This document shows, in pieces, positions 15,602-25,639 of a DNA stretch of 35,665 nucleotides (position 1 is its first letter; the number at the start of each line of letters is the position of its first letter). Under the pieces are notes generated by a model that was not told where the DNA came from, made no database searches, and saw only the letters and a program-made list of their open reading frames with translations. Source of the stretch: a virus (taxonomy: Duplodnaviria > Caudoviricetes); the IMG/VR virus record IMGVR_UViG_3300040971_000377, positions 1-35,665 of that record, one strand, 5' to 3'. The translations under genes and the position numbers were made by a program.

Positions 15602-15963
15602 TGCCTTCGTCACCAAAGAAACCATGTGCTTATCACGGTTGTCCTGAGTTAGTAAGCAAAGGTTACTGCGATAAGCACAAGAGCACAGCAAGGCAGACCA
15701 ACGATCAACATAAAGACTGGCAGAAACTATATGACACGCGACTTTGGAAACACATACGGATCAGGCAGCTCACCAAAGAACCTTGGTGCGCTGAATGTTT
15801 GCGCGCAAACATATACACACCAGCCACTGATGTGGATCATGTCAATCCTCACCGCGGTGATCCAAAGCTATTCTTCAAAGGTCCTTTCCAGTCTCTTTGT
15901 AAACCCTGCCATTCTAGAAAAACAATGCAAGAGATTAGGGGGAGGGGTGGCAAAAATGTTTGA
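15601..15963 (+). CDS. HNH endonuclease (terminase-associated, HK97 gp74-like)
   Basis: CAEC, ATDVDHVNPHRG, SLCKPCHSRKT. Confidence 0.93.
   Translation: MPSSPKKPCAYHGCPELVSKGYCDKHKSTARQTNDQHKDWQKLYDTRLWKHIRIRQLTKEPWCAECLRANIYTPATDVDHVNPHRGDPKLFFKGPFQSLCKPCHSRKTMQEIRGRGGKNV
15794..15812. promoter_or_regulatory. parS-like palindrome inside the HNH gene
   Basis: AATGTTTGCGCGCAAACAT (19 of 20). Confidence 0.72.
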
Positions 15964-16055
15964 GAGTGGGAGACAACAAGCGCGGTGGGTTAACAACACG
16001 AAAAAAATTCCCAATGTGAAAAATCGGGCAATTGAGCATGGCCGGAGGTATTCCA

Positions 16056-16664
16056 ATGCCGGCGCGTAAACCTGTGGATCTCCACAAACGACACAATACA
16101 AAAGCCGAAATAGCCGAGCGTAAAGAAGCTGAAGCTGCTTTGCATTCTGAGAGGGGACTATCTTTACTCCCCCCAAAAGCAATCAGAAAAGATAAAGTGG
16201 CAGCCGCTACCTGGCGTCGATTGATCAGAGAATATAGCCGGTTGGAAGCTGAGCTGATCTCCAGACTGGATTTTGACCTATTGGTCGATTACTGCAATGT
16301 CATGTCTCAGATTGATGAGCTCGATCACATGCGGACTAACTCGTATGAAGTCTGGCACTTCTTGAATGATCAGCGAAAGAAGTTCATTGAAGAAAAACAG
16401 TTCATCGAAGCTCTTGGGCTGGTTAAGGATATTCAGAAATCCTACGACGTGATCATCAAGATTGATGCCAGATTGGATGCCAAGAGAAAGCTTGTGTTCA
16501 GTATTCGGCAAAGCATGTTCATGACACCTAGAAGCCGATCTGGTGTAAAGCCATCTCAAGATCCGGAACAAACTGCTCCCAATGATCCGTTTGAAGCAAA
16601 GCTCAACGAACGTTTTCAGAAGGTTGCTGAAAAAGTTAATGGTGGTGCGGGTGACAACGGATGA
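16056..16664 (+). CDS. terS: Terminase small subunit (P27-like)
   Basis: MPARKP start with GGAGG; LLVDYC; FMTPRSRS; position. Confidence 0.85.
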   Translation: MPARKPVDLHKRHNTKAEIAERKEAEAALHSERGLSLLPPKAIRKDKVAAATWRRLIREYSRLEAELISRLDFDLLVDYCNVMSQIDELDHMRTNSYEVWHFLNDQRKKFIEEKQFIEALGLVKDIQKSYDVIIKIDARLDAKRKLVFSIRQSMFMTPRSRSGVKPSQDPEQTAPNDPFEAKLNERFQKVAEKVNGGAGDNG

Positions 16665-18313
16665 AGAGACTGATCAATTCCCTCCTCGTTTTTTTTATGC
16701 TGTGCTCCTTGATCGGAGTCGTGGCCATGTATGACCAGGAAAAAGCCGATTGGGCAGTTGAGTTTTTCAGCAGCTTAAAACACACTAAAGGCAAATACCA
16801 CGGGCAGCCTTTCAATTTGCTCCCCTGGGAAGAGAAGATCATCCGGGATGTATATGGCACGGTGAAGGAAGACGGCACCCGCCAGTATAAATATGTTTAC
16901 GTTGAGATCCCGAAAAAGAATGGCAAATCAGAACTGGGGGCTGCAGCTGCAGTCTATTCGCTTTATGGTGATAGTGAAATGGGCGGCGAGGTCTACAGCT
17001 GCGCAGGCAACCGGGAACAGGCGAGTATTGTTTTCGACGTGGCCAAAGAAATGGTCATGCAAAGCCCAGTGTTATTGAAACGGTCCAGGATCACTGGCTC
17101 AGACACAGGATCAACAAAAGCGATCTATGACCTGAAATCGAATTCAAAATATAAAGTCATTTCCGCTGAAGCATTCTCGAAACACGGCTACAACGTTTCA
17201 GGATGCATATTCGACGAGCTGCATGCCCAGCCCAATCGTAAGCTTTGGGATGTGATGACCCAATTCACCGGTGTCGGCAGAGAGCAACCACTCTGGTGGG
17301 TGCTCACAACTGCTGGTGAAGATCCCGATCGCGAATCAATTGGTTGGGAGATTCACGAATATGCGATGAAGATCCTTTCAGGCGAGGTCGTTGATCCGAC
17401 CTGGTATGTAACGATCTTCAGCTATGAAGGCGACGATATCTATAACGAAGAAAATTGGAAGCTTGCCAACCCTGGGCTCGGTCACAACCTCAAGATCGAG
17501 GACATGCGTGAAGACGCAGTTCGAGCCAAATATAACCTTGCCAACGAGAGGAACTTCCGGTGGCTCCGATTAAACCAATGGCCAACAACCAAGCTCAGCC
17601 CATGGCTGCAGCTCGATCTTTGGGACCAGACTATTGGAACGTGGACAATAGATGACCTCAAAGGGAAAATCTGTTTTCTTGGAATGGATCTCTCGAGTAC
17701 GACCGATCTAACAGCGTTATGTGCACTCTTCCCTCCTCAGGGAACTCAAATCGATTGGCGGGCTATCTGGAAGGGATTTATCCCGGCAGAAAACATGAAG
17801 GAAAGGACTGCGAAGGATCACGTTGACTATGACAAATTTGAACGCGCTGGTTCGATCATTCCAACACCAGGCAATGTTGTCGACTATACAGTGCTACTCA
17901 CCACAATCATGGAGTGGGTAGGCACATTCAGAATTCAAGAGATATGCCTGGATAGATCATTCGCTGCGATGTTGGTGCAAGAACTTGAAAAGAAAGATCT
18001 CGTTTGTGTTGATGTTCCCCAGACCTTCGCGGTCCTTACCAACCCGATGAATACTATCGAAACCTTGATGAAAACTCCCGGGAAATTCACACACGAAAAC
18101 AACCTGGCAGCCCGGTGGTGCTTTGGGAACACTTCAATCGCCAAGAATGGGAACGAGCAGATCAAGTATGTGAAGGAGCACCGCGGAAAAAGTGTGGTCA
18201 GGACCAAGCGGATTGACCTCACAGCAGCACTGGTGATCGCCATGGCCAGGGCTCAATACTTTGCTTTTCCTGTTGACCTGAGTGAAGCGATTAAGAAAGA
18301 GTGGAGTTTCTGA
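16661..18313 (+). CDS. terL: Terminase large subunit
   Basis: Walker A IPKKNGKS, Walker B IFDELH, LTTAG, GMDLSSTTD, RID nuclease motif. Confidence 0.96.
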   Translation: MKRLINSLLVFFMLCSLIGVVAMYDQEKADWAVEFFSSLKHTKGKYHGQPFNLLPWEEKIIRDVYGTVKEDGTRQYKYVYVEIPKKNGKSELGAAAAVYSLYGDSEMGGEVYSCAGNREQASIVFDVAKEMVMQSPVLLKRSRITGSDTGSTKAIYDLKSNSKYKVISAEAFSKHGYNVSGCIFDELHAQPNRKLWDVMTQFTGVGREQPLWWVLTTAGEDPDRESIGWEIHEYAMKILSGEVVDPTWYVTIFSYEGDDIYNEENWKLANPGLGHNLKIEDMREDAVRAKYNLANERNFRWLRLNQWPTTKLSPWLQLDLWDQTIGTWTIDDLKGKICFLGMDLSSTTDLTALCALFPPQGTQIDWRAIWKGFIPAENMKERTAKDHVDYDKFERAGSIIPTPGNVVDYTVLLTTIMEWVGTFRIQEICLDRSFAAMLVQELEKKDLVCVDVPQTFAVLTNPMNTIETLMKTPGKFTHENNLAARWCFGNTSIAKNGNEQIKYVKEHRGKSVVRTKRIDLTAALVIAMARAQYFAFPVDLSEAIKKEWSF

Positions 18314-18474
18314 TGCGTAAATACTTCGACGATATTTTGGTCGCGGTGGGAAGCTTGTTAATCGTTTATGCAACTTACAGAATTAGTCTGACCGCCGCAC
18401 TATATGTGGCTGGTTTTCTTTTGATTCTATTCGGGATACTCATCGGAATTAGCTGGAAGAAGGTAGAAAAATGA
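18313..18474 (+). CDS. 53-aa two-TM protein between terL and portal
   Basis: Translated by hand (MRKYFDDILVAVGSLLIVYATY...); overlaps both neighbours. Confidence 0.75.
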   Translation: MRKYFDDILVAVGSLLIVYATYRISLTAALYVAGFLLILFGILIGISWKKVEK

Positions 18475-19748
18475 TCATCCGAAACCTTGTTAACGCGGCT
18501 TTTCCAAATATTCCTGAAACTATGAACCTACCAGAATTGGTGCATTTCATGGGCATGAATAATTCATCAGGTCAGCTGGTGAACGAGGAAACCAGCAAGA
18601 CCCTGGCCACGGCATATCGAGCATTTAACGTGCTGTCAGATGATTACGCCAAGATGCCCTTGCAAACATTTTCCAGCAGGAGACCAGGAATTATCGATAG
18701 GGTTAGCCCTGATGCCAGGTTTCAAAACATTGCCTGGCTTTTGGAAGTTTCTCCTAACAGGTATATGACCCCATTCGTTTTCAAAAAAACTTTCATCATG
18801 GGGGCATTGGTCCATGGGGCGGGATTTATCTGGAAACCAATTCGGCAATTCGGCCAACGGAATGAGATGTTCTTGCTCAACCCTGCCACCACACACCCGG
18901 TTTACCGAGTCAACGACGGGAACCTCTGGTATCAAACCCAATTCAGCAGCGGTGAGATTGAGTACATCCCTGCGGTTGAGGTTTTCTCGCTGATTATCAA
19001 TTCATCTGATGGGGTTAGCGGTCGCGGGATCGTCACGTTCGCGCGCGAGACATTCGGCCGACAGTTAGGTGCACACACAACTCAAGCCAAGTTCTATGCC
19101 CAGGGATTGAACCCTGGGGGGTTGATCTGGATGTCTGGTGAAGCAGATAAAGCAGCCAAGAAAATCATCCGGGATGCCTACTCAGAGCAGATGAGCGGGA
19201 CGGATAATGCTTATCGCCTGGCCATCATGGATTCGAGAGTAACGAAATTTGAACAGATCACCATGAAGATGGTTGATGCCCAATTCCTGGAGCAGATCCA
19301 GGCAACGGATGTGGACATTGCCAAATTCTTTGGGATGCCCCTCTATAAGCTCAATATGGGGAAAGAGGCATACAACTCGAACGAACAGCAAAACCTGGAT
19401 TATCTGAACACGACCCTTGATCCATATCTGGTTCAAACGGAAGAGGGCGGCAGGATCAAGTGGCTGAGTGAAGACGAGCAAGCCTATATGTATCTGCGGT
19501 TCAATCGGGATGCCTTGCTGCGTACCGATGCAAAAACCAGAGCTGAAGTAATCGCGAAGCGAATTGGCAGTGGGGTGATGACTCTCAACGAAGGCAGACA
19601 GATCGATGATCTTTCAAGTTTCGATGGTGGAGATCGGTTCTTTATCCCAGCCAATTATGCAGTGGTTGAAGCCGATGGTGTTGTGGCTATTTCGAAACCA
19701 GAACCAAATGCACCAACAGATTGGAAAGGAGGTCTTAACGATGGGTAA
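18471..19748 (+). CDS. Portal protein, HK97 family
   Basis: DAQFLE, IAKFFGMP, SNEQQ, TLDPY, GVMTLNEGR. Confidence 0.95.
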   Translation: MIIRNLVNAAFPNIPETMNLPELVHFMGMNNSSGQLVNEETSKTLATAYRAFNVLSDDYAKMPLQTFSSRRPGIIDRVSPDARFQNIAWLLEVSPNRYMTPFVFKKTFIMGALVHGAGFIWKPIRQFGQRNEMFLLNPATTHPVYRVNDGNLWYQTQFSSGEIEYIPAVEVFSLIINSSDGVSGRGIVTFARETFGRQLGAHTTQAKFYAQGLNPGGLIWMSGEADKAAKKIIRDAYSEQMSGTDNAYRLAIMDSRVTKFEQITMKMVDAQFLEQIQATDVDIAKFFGMPLYKLNMGKEAYNSNEQQNLDYLNTTLDPYLVQTEEGGRIKWLSEDEQAYMYLRFNRDALLRTDAKTRAEVIAKRIGSGVMTLNEGRQIDDLSSFDGGDRFFIPANYAVVEADGVVAISKPEPNAPTDWKGGLNDG

Positions 19749-20535
19749 ACCGATCAGAGTAATCGAAGGATCAGCACAACCTCACGAGCGTTTCTGGACG
19801 TTCAGAGACCAGGCACAAAGCGAATCCGGAGAGGTGGAACTAGAACTCTTCGGGCCGATCAGTGAATATTCCTGGTGGGGAGACGAGATCACCCCGGCGC
19901 TATTCAAAAGCGATCTTCAGGAAAAGGGAGCTGGGAAACCGGTGACATTGCTTGTGAACTCGCCTGGCGGAGAAGTGATCGCTGCGAGTGTCATTCGGTC
20001 AATCCTGCAGGAGTACCCGGGGAAAGTGACCGCGGACATTGTGGGATTAGCGGCCAGCGCTGCGACTGTATTGGTCACTGGAGCTGATCACATCAGGATG
20101 CGTGAAAGCGCGTTGTTCATGATCCATGATCCCTCTGGACTTGCATGGGGAACCATCGACGAGATCAAGGCGTTTTTGGAAGTTCTAAAAACCGTCAAGG
20201 ATGGGATCGTTGATACCTATGAGACGAAAACCAAAATGGAGCGGGATAAATTGGCCAAGCTGATGACCGATGAAACATGGATGACCGCGCGTGAAGCCAA
20301 GGAATACGGTTTCATCGATGAGGTGGTCACCAGCAGCGTAAAGAAATCTGGATCTACTCCAATTCCAGCAGGGTTCACGAACTGCCTCAATTCTTATATG
20401 CATGTCCCGGAGTCGCTAAAACAACTTCTCAGCACTCCGGTTAATTCAAATCCGGTTGCACCTGTGCAGATTGAACCATCCGACGAAGAGCGGCGTCTGC
20501 GCAGTAAAGTCCAATTGCTGAAAGGAGCAAAATAA
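19741..20535 (+). CDS. ClpP-type head maturation protease
   Basis: VNSPGG, GLAASAA, FMIHDP, ETWMTA.EA..YGFID. Confidence 0.95.
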   Translation: MGKPIRVIEGSAQPHERFWTFRDQAQSESGEVELELFGPISEYSWWGDEITPALFKSDLQEKGAGKPVTLLVNSPGGEVIAASVIRSILQEYPGKVTADIVGLAASAATVLVTGADHIRMRESALFMIHDPSGLAWGTIDEIKAFLEVLKTVKDGIVDTYETKTKMERDKLAKLMTDETWMTAREAKEYGFIDEVVTSSVKKSGSTPIPAGFTNCLNSYMHVPESLKQLLSTPVNSNPVAPVQIEPSDEERRLRSKVQLLKGAK

Positions 20536-21791
20536 TGGATCTGAAAAAGTATTTCGACGCCGCTCAGGCGGCAAGCCAGAAGGTCATTGACAAAGCAAAC
20601 GAGATTGACACTCTCTTCAACGCTGATAAAACAGCCGACGCTTTGGCATTGGCCCCCGAATTGGAAAAGCTGAAAGAGGAAGCCAAAGCTACCAACCAGC
20701 TGTACATATCCATGCAGGCAGCCACTCATGGAACCGGTGATCCAGCACAGAAATTTGTTGCTGCAGGTGGTGATCCGGAACCGAAAGAGATCAAAGATCT
20801 GCGCAATAGCCCGATTTATATGGACTCGTTCTTCAAAGCCTTGAAGACTGGCGTATCGCCGAAGACCATTGGTAACGGGATTCATGGGGCTGAACCTTAT
20901 AAGGTGTTGATGGATGCACTCACTGAAACCGGCGGATCACCCGCTGGATCAGAGGGTGGGTTCTTGCTGCCGGTTGATTTTGACAACATGATCAACGAAT
21001 ACAAACGGCTGGCTGTGGACCTTTCACCCTACGTAAATGTGGAAGAGGTGACCGCTTACAGCGGCTGGAGAGCCTTTGAAGTCGCGGCTGCTGCCCTGCC
21101 GTTTGCTGAAATTACTGAAGCGGATTTTCCGTCAGGCGAGCGTGTGCCAGCAATGGAAAGCCCGACCTTCACAAAGGTGGAGTATGCTGTCAAGAAATAC
21201 GGTGGATATCTGCCCGTGGCGAGCGACTTATTCGCTGATACTCCCGCAGCGATCATGCAGTATCTTGCGCGATGGTGTGGCCGCAAGAAGAGCCTTACCA
21301 ACACCAGCCTGATCCTGGCGATCATGAACGCATTGACCCCGGTCAACGTTACTGACCATAAGACCATTTTCGCCGCAATTAAGACTGCATTAAATAAAAC
21401 CCTTGATCCTGCGATCTCCGTCACTGCAAAAATTTTCACTAATCAGACCGGATTTGATCTGCTTGATCAGATGGTAGATGGAACCGGACGCCCGCTTTTG
21501 GCACCTGATCCCACAAATGAAACAGTAAAGCGTTTCAAAGGACGTGAAGTGGTCGCATTAAGCGACGCCCAACAACCCAACCTAAGTACCAACACTTATA
21601 CCCCGATCCTGGTGGGGGATGGTCGCGAGATCGTAACTATGTTCAATCGGATGGCTGGGGAAATGTCAACCACGAATATTGGTGGGACAGCCTGGCGTAA
21701 CGACAACACTGAGATTAAGTACATTATGCGCTGCAATGCCAAACAGGTAGACGCGGCCGCGATGAAGTTGCTCAAGGTAACCCTGCCCTAA
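20535..21791 (+). CDS. Major capsid protein, HK97 fold
   Basis: Coiled-coil delta domain, GGFLLPVDF, DGTGRPLL; position. Confidence 0.95.
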   Translation: MDLKKYFDAAQAASQKVIDKANEIDTLFNADKTADALALAPELEKLKEEAKATNQLYISMQAATHGTGDPAQKFVAAGGDPEPKEIKDLRNSPIYMDSFFKALKTGVSPKTIGNGIHGAEPYKVLMDALTETGGSPAGSEGGFLLPVDFDNMINEYKRLAVDLSPYVNVEEVTAYSGWRAFEVAAAALPFAEITEADFPSGERVPAMESPTFTKVEYAVKKYGGYLPVASDLFADTPAAIMQYLARWCGRKKSLTNTSLILAIMNALTPVNVTDHKTIFAAIKTALNKTLDPAISVTAKIFTNQTGFDLLDQMVDGTGRPLLAPDPTNETVKRFKGREVVALSDAQQPNLSTNTYTPILVGDGREIVTMFNRMAGEMSTTNIGGTAWRNDNTEIKYIMRCNAKQVDAAAMKLLKVTLP

Positions 21792-21821
21792 TGTATTTTG
21801 GGTTCTTGTTTTGCGAATTTA

Positions 21822-21853
21822 TCTCTCAGGAGGGTCAGTTTCCTCCTGAGAGA
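21822..21853 (+). promoter_or_regulatory. Hairpin after the capsid gene
   Basis: TCTCTCAGGAGG..CCTCCTGAGAGA. Confidence 0.6.
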
Positions 21854-21872
21854 AGGTGGAAAGGATTACGGA

Positions 21873-22478
21873 ATGACTGATTATTCGACAACTAAAAACA
21901 GGATGGAGCAAGGTGGTGATGTTTGGTCAATCGATGGCGAACTCAAAATAAGCGCTGAAGCCTCTGTCACTGTTGAACAAGGTGCAACTATTGAAGGATT
22001 AACAGGTGCTACAACCTTCGCAAGTGCTGCGGAGGCTAAGGCTGGAACTGTCACAACTAAAGTGATTGCACCAAACACGTTGAAAGCTGCGATCGATGAC
22101 AAACTAGCGGCCATGCCTTGGAATGCCGCTATTGTGGTTGGATCTGAAGCAGAGAATGTAATCAATGTCACAATTCAGCTCAAGGATGTGGGTGGTGCAG
22201 ATTTGGCGGTTAGAGGGTCGGTGTTGGCTTATCTTTCAGATGATGCCAATGGCGACAGCATCGCGGGAACTGCTCCTTCCGGTGGTATTGCTGTTGGAAC
22301 TGACGGTATGGCAATCCCTATAGTGGCTGGTAAATGTGTGCAGTTGATCAGCGAGGTAGATGGTGACATTGATCTGGATATCGAAGAATCAGGTGAAGAC
22401 ACCTGGTATCTGGTCGTAGTCCTCCCGAATGGAAAATTGGTCGCCAGTGAAGCAATCGCTTTTGTCACAGAAGGGTAA
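21873..22478 (+). CDS. Putative head decoration/fibre protein
   Basis: N-terminal TKNRMEQGG..IDGELKI; directly follows the capsid gene. Confidence 0.6.
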   Translation: MTDYSTTKNRMEQGGDVWSIDGELKISAEASVTVEQGATIEGLTGATTFASAAEAKAGTVTTKVIAPNTLKAAIDDKLAAMPWNAAIVVGSEAENVINVTIQLKDVGGADLAVRGSVLAYLSDDANGDSIAGTAPSGGIAVGTDGMAIPIVAGKCVQLISEVDGDIDLDIEESGEDTWYLVVVLPNGKLVASEAIAFVTEG

Positions 22479-22484
22479 TGAACA

Positions 22485-22991
22485 ATGGCCAACATATTAA
22501 CTGAAAATGAAGCTGCAACAGTTCTGCGCTGCGATTCAACCGACGCCGATATGTTGGCCTTATTATCTTCGGTAGATGCATACATAAAGAATGCCACCGG
22601 GCATGATTGGGCATCCGACAGCCCTGTTATTCCAGAAGCGAAATCAGCAGCACGAATGCTGCTGGTGAAATGGCATGAAGACCCAGGAATGATGGGAAAT
22701 AGTGCTCCTGCGTTAGGATACGGTCTCTCGGCTTGTCTGGTGCAACTTGAAGCCATGGCTCTTAGGTATCGGAAATTCTTTGGCAGAAACGGCGCCGGGA
22801 GTATTCCTTTACCCGGCGCGTCGGTCGGAGACTCGGTTCAGTCTTTGATTGGACTGGTTGGTGCCACGGGTGATCAATCTGCTAATTTTGAGGAGATGAT
22901 CACGGTCTCTGATCAGATTCAACAGACCTCAGATGAAGATCTGTCTGCAAAAGCTTACCGTGTTTATGTTGTTCCTCTTTCTTCTTTGTGA
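22485..22991 (+). CDS. Head-tail connector (gp6-like) with C-terminal extension
   Basis: LRCD..D..LL..VDAYIKNATG..AKSAARMLLVKWHE. Confidence 0.8.
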   Translation: MANILTENEAATVLRCDSTDADMLALLSSVDAYIKNATGHDWASDSPVIPEAKSAARMLLVKWHEDPGMMGNSAPALGYGLSACLVQLEAMALRYRKFFGRNGAGSIPLPGASVGDSVQSLIGLVGATGDQSANFEEMITVSDQIQQTSDEDLSAKAYRVYVVPLSSL

Positions 22992-22998
22992 GGTTTGA

Positions 22999-23403
22999 AT
23001 GTTGATCAACGGAAAGCCATTCAACCCAGGTGAACTGAAAACCCCGATCGTTTTGGCAAAAAAGAAATTGTCAAAAGTTACTGGTGGTTTTCAGAAGATC
23101 GAATACGAGTTAATTGCAGAAACTAAAGCCAAATGGGTGAATGTTCATGGTCAGGAAGCATGGCTTGCAAATGCAAAAGGTGCAATCAAAGCAGCCACAA
23201 TCACGGTGCGATATCGATCTGACTTGGATGAAACGTGTGTGATCATGATCGGTATGACCGTTGAAGAAGTAATTGATGAGCAAGATGTTTTGACTGGATG
23301 GACTTTCACTGGTGGCGAGGTTTTTGAGATTATTTCGATGGACAACATTCAGCAATTAAATGAGTATATCGAGTTCAAGGTGAAAAGGGTTACGGCAGGC
23401 TGA
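22999..23403 (+). CDS. Head closure/head-tail adaptor
   Basis: NPGELKTPI, AKWVN..G.E, TITVRYR. Confidence 0.85.
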   Translation: MLINGKPFNPGELKTPIVLAKKKLSKVTGGFQKIEYELIAETKAKWVNVHGQEAWLANAKGAIKAATITVRYRSDLDETCVIMIGMTVEEVIDEQDVLTGWTFTGGEVFEIISMDNIQQLNEYIEFKVKRVTAG

Positions 23404-23807
23404 TGACTACTCAAACTCATGTAAAAACCAACGGTTTTGAGGAATACCTTGAAAAGATCGCCAAGGCAGGAACCAGCATAGATGCATCAGTGGATAAGGC
23501 ATTGTTGGCTGGCGGAGTGGTGATTCAGGATGAAATGATTGTTAAAACACCTCTTTTGACAGGTAACCTGGCTGATCACATTCAAATAAAGGGTCCGGAG
23601 CGGGATGGAAATTATCACAGTATTGAAGTTGGACTAATCCATGACGTCGCCTTTACTGATGCTGAAACAGCCCGATATGGGAATGCTCAGGAATATGGAT
23701 CGGTAAAAAATGAAGCTCACCCGTATATTCGCCCAGGCATGAAAACCGGTGGTCCGAAGGCAGTAAAAAAAATGAAAGAGTCATTGATTGAGGATGGTGC
23801 AATTTGA
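23403..23807 (+). CDS. HK97 gp10-family tail component
   Basis: TGNLADHI, QEYGS...AHPYIRP. Confidence 0.85.
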   Translation: MTTQTHVKTNGFEEYLEKIAKAGTSIDASVDKALLAGGVVIQDEMIVKTPLLTGNLADHIQIKGPERDGNYHSIEVGLIHDVAFTDAETARYGNAQEYGSVKNEAHPYIRPGMKTGGPKAVKKMKESLIEDGAI

Positions 23808-24154
23808 TCACGGTTTGGGAACGAACAGATTCAGCTTTGTTACCCCTGGGTGTACCTTATGCAGCCAGCAAGCTGCAGATCGAAACAGGAAGTGAGTACC
23901 CTGATCTGTTTATGGTTTATTTTTCGCTGCCAAGCATTCCAGAACAGCATGCAGACGACAAAGAGACTTTGCGGTCCTACACGATGCAAGTGAACATTTT
24001 TAGCCGTGATGGTTTGATCAACTTGCCTGATGTTGATGGAGCCATGAAGGCTGCCGGTTTCACCAAGAGAAATGTAATTGAGATTCCGCTTGACCAAGAA
24101 ACCGGCCACTATGGTTTAGGAACTGAATTCCTTTATTCTGAAAGTGAGGATTGA
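23804..24154 (+). CDS. Putative tail terminator protein
   Basis: Position; QVNIFS..AMKAAGF..ETGHY. Confidence 0.7.
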   Translation: MITVWERTDSALLPLGVPYAASKLQIETGSEYPDLFMVYFSLPSIPEQHADDKETLRSYTMQVNIFSRDGLINLPDVDGAMKAAGFTKRNVIEIPLDQETGHYGLGTEFLYSESED

Positions 24155-24155
24155 A

Positions 24156-25073
24156 ATGCCAGAACAAAATGAATACAAATCTGTAGTTGGTTTGGATCAG
24201 GTGCATGTTGCCCTGATCACTCAGGATGATGCCAGTGCGTATACCGCGGGTACACCTGAATATTTTGCGCCATCGCTTGAAGCAGTGGCTGAACCCGAGT
24301 CTTCTTTGGAGACCCAATATGCAGACAACATGCCTTTTGATGTTATGTCTTCAGAAGGTGTCACAAAGTTGACTCTGACCACTACAGCCATCCCTATAGA
24401 GGTTTTGGCAAAATATCTAGGCAAAGTCTTTGATACTGCCAGCGGCCGCCTATTTGACCAAGGTGGCAATGCCACACCTCCGGATGCTGCGCTTTCCTTC
24501 AGATCAATGAAATCGAACGGAAAGTACAAATATTTCCAATATTTGAAGGGAAAGTTCAGTGTCCCCAATGATGAAGCTGCCACCAAAGAAACCAAGGCAA
24601 CACCGAAGCCAGCAAAGATCATCTTCACGGCGATCAACACGGTGCACGAATTTGATCTTGGAGATATCACCAAAAGTGTGAAACGAATTGTGGGCGATGA
24701 AGACACAACCAATTTCAGCGGAACAGGATTCTTTACCCAGGTACAGGTTCCATCCATCACCACCCCGGCCGCTGTTGCACTTTCAAGTTCAGTGCCGGCT
24801 AATTCAGCCTCTGGTATTAGCAAAACTGCAGCTTTTACTTTAACCTTCAACAATGCCATGGATGCTGATGTGATCAATCGAATTGCGCTCCTGGATGACA
24901 CGCCTGCTTTGGTGAGTATTATCCCCACCCTTGATGCAACAAAAAAGATCGTCACTGTTGCACATGATGCGTTGGATGGCACTACTGCCCACACACTGGT
25001 CATTTCTGGCGCTACCGATATTTATGGTCAGGTGTTGGCCAACACACTCGTTAAATTCACCACGGCGGCATAA
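24156..25073 (+). CDS. Major tail protein (phi13-like) with C-terminal Ig-like domain
   Basis: VGLDQVHVA, QYADN, ALSFRSMKSNG..YLKGKF; C-terminal SSVPA..LTFNNAMD..FTTA. Confidence 0.9.
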   Translation: MPEQNEYKSVVGLDQVHVALITQDDASAYTAGTPEYFAPSLEAVAEPESSLETQYADNMPFDVMSSEGVTKLTLTTTAIPIEVLAKYLGKVFDTASGRLFDQGGNATPPDAALSFRSMKSNGKYKYFQYLKGKFSVPNDEAATKETKATPKPAKIIFTAINTVHEFDLGDITKSVKRIVGDEDTTNFSGTGFFTQVQVPSITTPAAVALSSSVPANSASGISKTAAFTLTFNNAMDADVINRIALLDDTPALVSIIPTLDATKKIVTVAHDALDGTTAHTLVISGATDIYGQVLANTLVKFTTAA

Positions 25074-25074
25074 G

Positions 25075-25586
25075 ATGGGCGCACCTATGGTGATCCACCT
25101 CTACAATTCCGAAGGTGAGGTTGAAAAGACCTTTACACAGACTTTTGTTCCATGGAAGATGCTCAAGGCTGCAGTAAAGCTTGCTGCAACCCTTAATAAG
25201 GATCAGCCAACAGAAGATGATATTGATGGCATTACCAATTTGGTGGTTTCTACTTTCCAGGGAAAGGTCACAAAAGATGAGTTGGATGCTGGGGCTGATC
25301 TTGCTGAAATGATGGCAGTGATGCGGCAAATCGTAGCAACCTCTAAAGCTATTAATTTAAACCCTACTCCACCTCCGGAGAAATAACGGTTCCGGAGGCG
25401 GAGGATGATGAAAAACTCATTGATGTATTGATCGACCTTGAGATTATTTTCATCAAGAATTTTAATTGGTCACTTAGAGATATTGATGAAACGGATGTTG
25501 AAAGCATGATTGATTTCATAAACCGCTTTGGTAACCAGGGCGCACCAAAAGTTCGTAAAGTTTTTTGTGACCAAATTGATTTTTAA
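25075..25586 (+). CDS. Tail assembly chaperone G (25075-25386) and G-T via -1 frameshift (to 25586)
   Basis: In-frame slippery T TTA AAC (25356-25362), hairpin CCTCCGGA/TCCGGAGG 9 nt downstream; the -1 frame is open to 25586 and encodes FNWSLRDIDETD. Confidence 0.85.
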
Positions 25587-25639
25587 ATTGTTTGAAAGGG
25601 GCGGTCCATCGGCCGCCCTAACAAAAATGGAGCTGTGGT

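Noticed and set aside
24221-25003. Long antisense ORF (also 22229-22756, 20394-20885, 21056-21439 and similar)
   Set aside because: These are shadow frames of well-supported structural genes.
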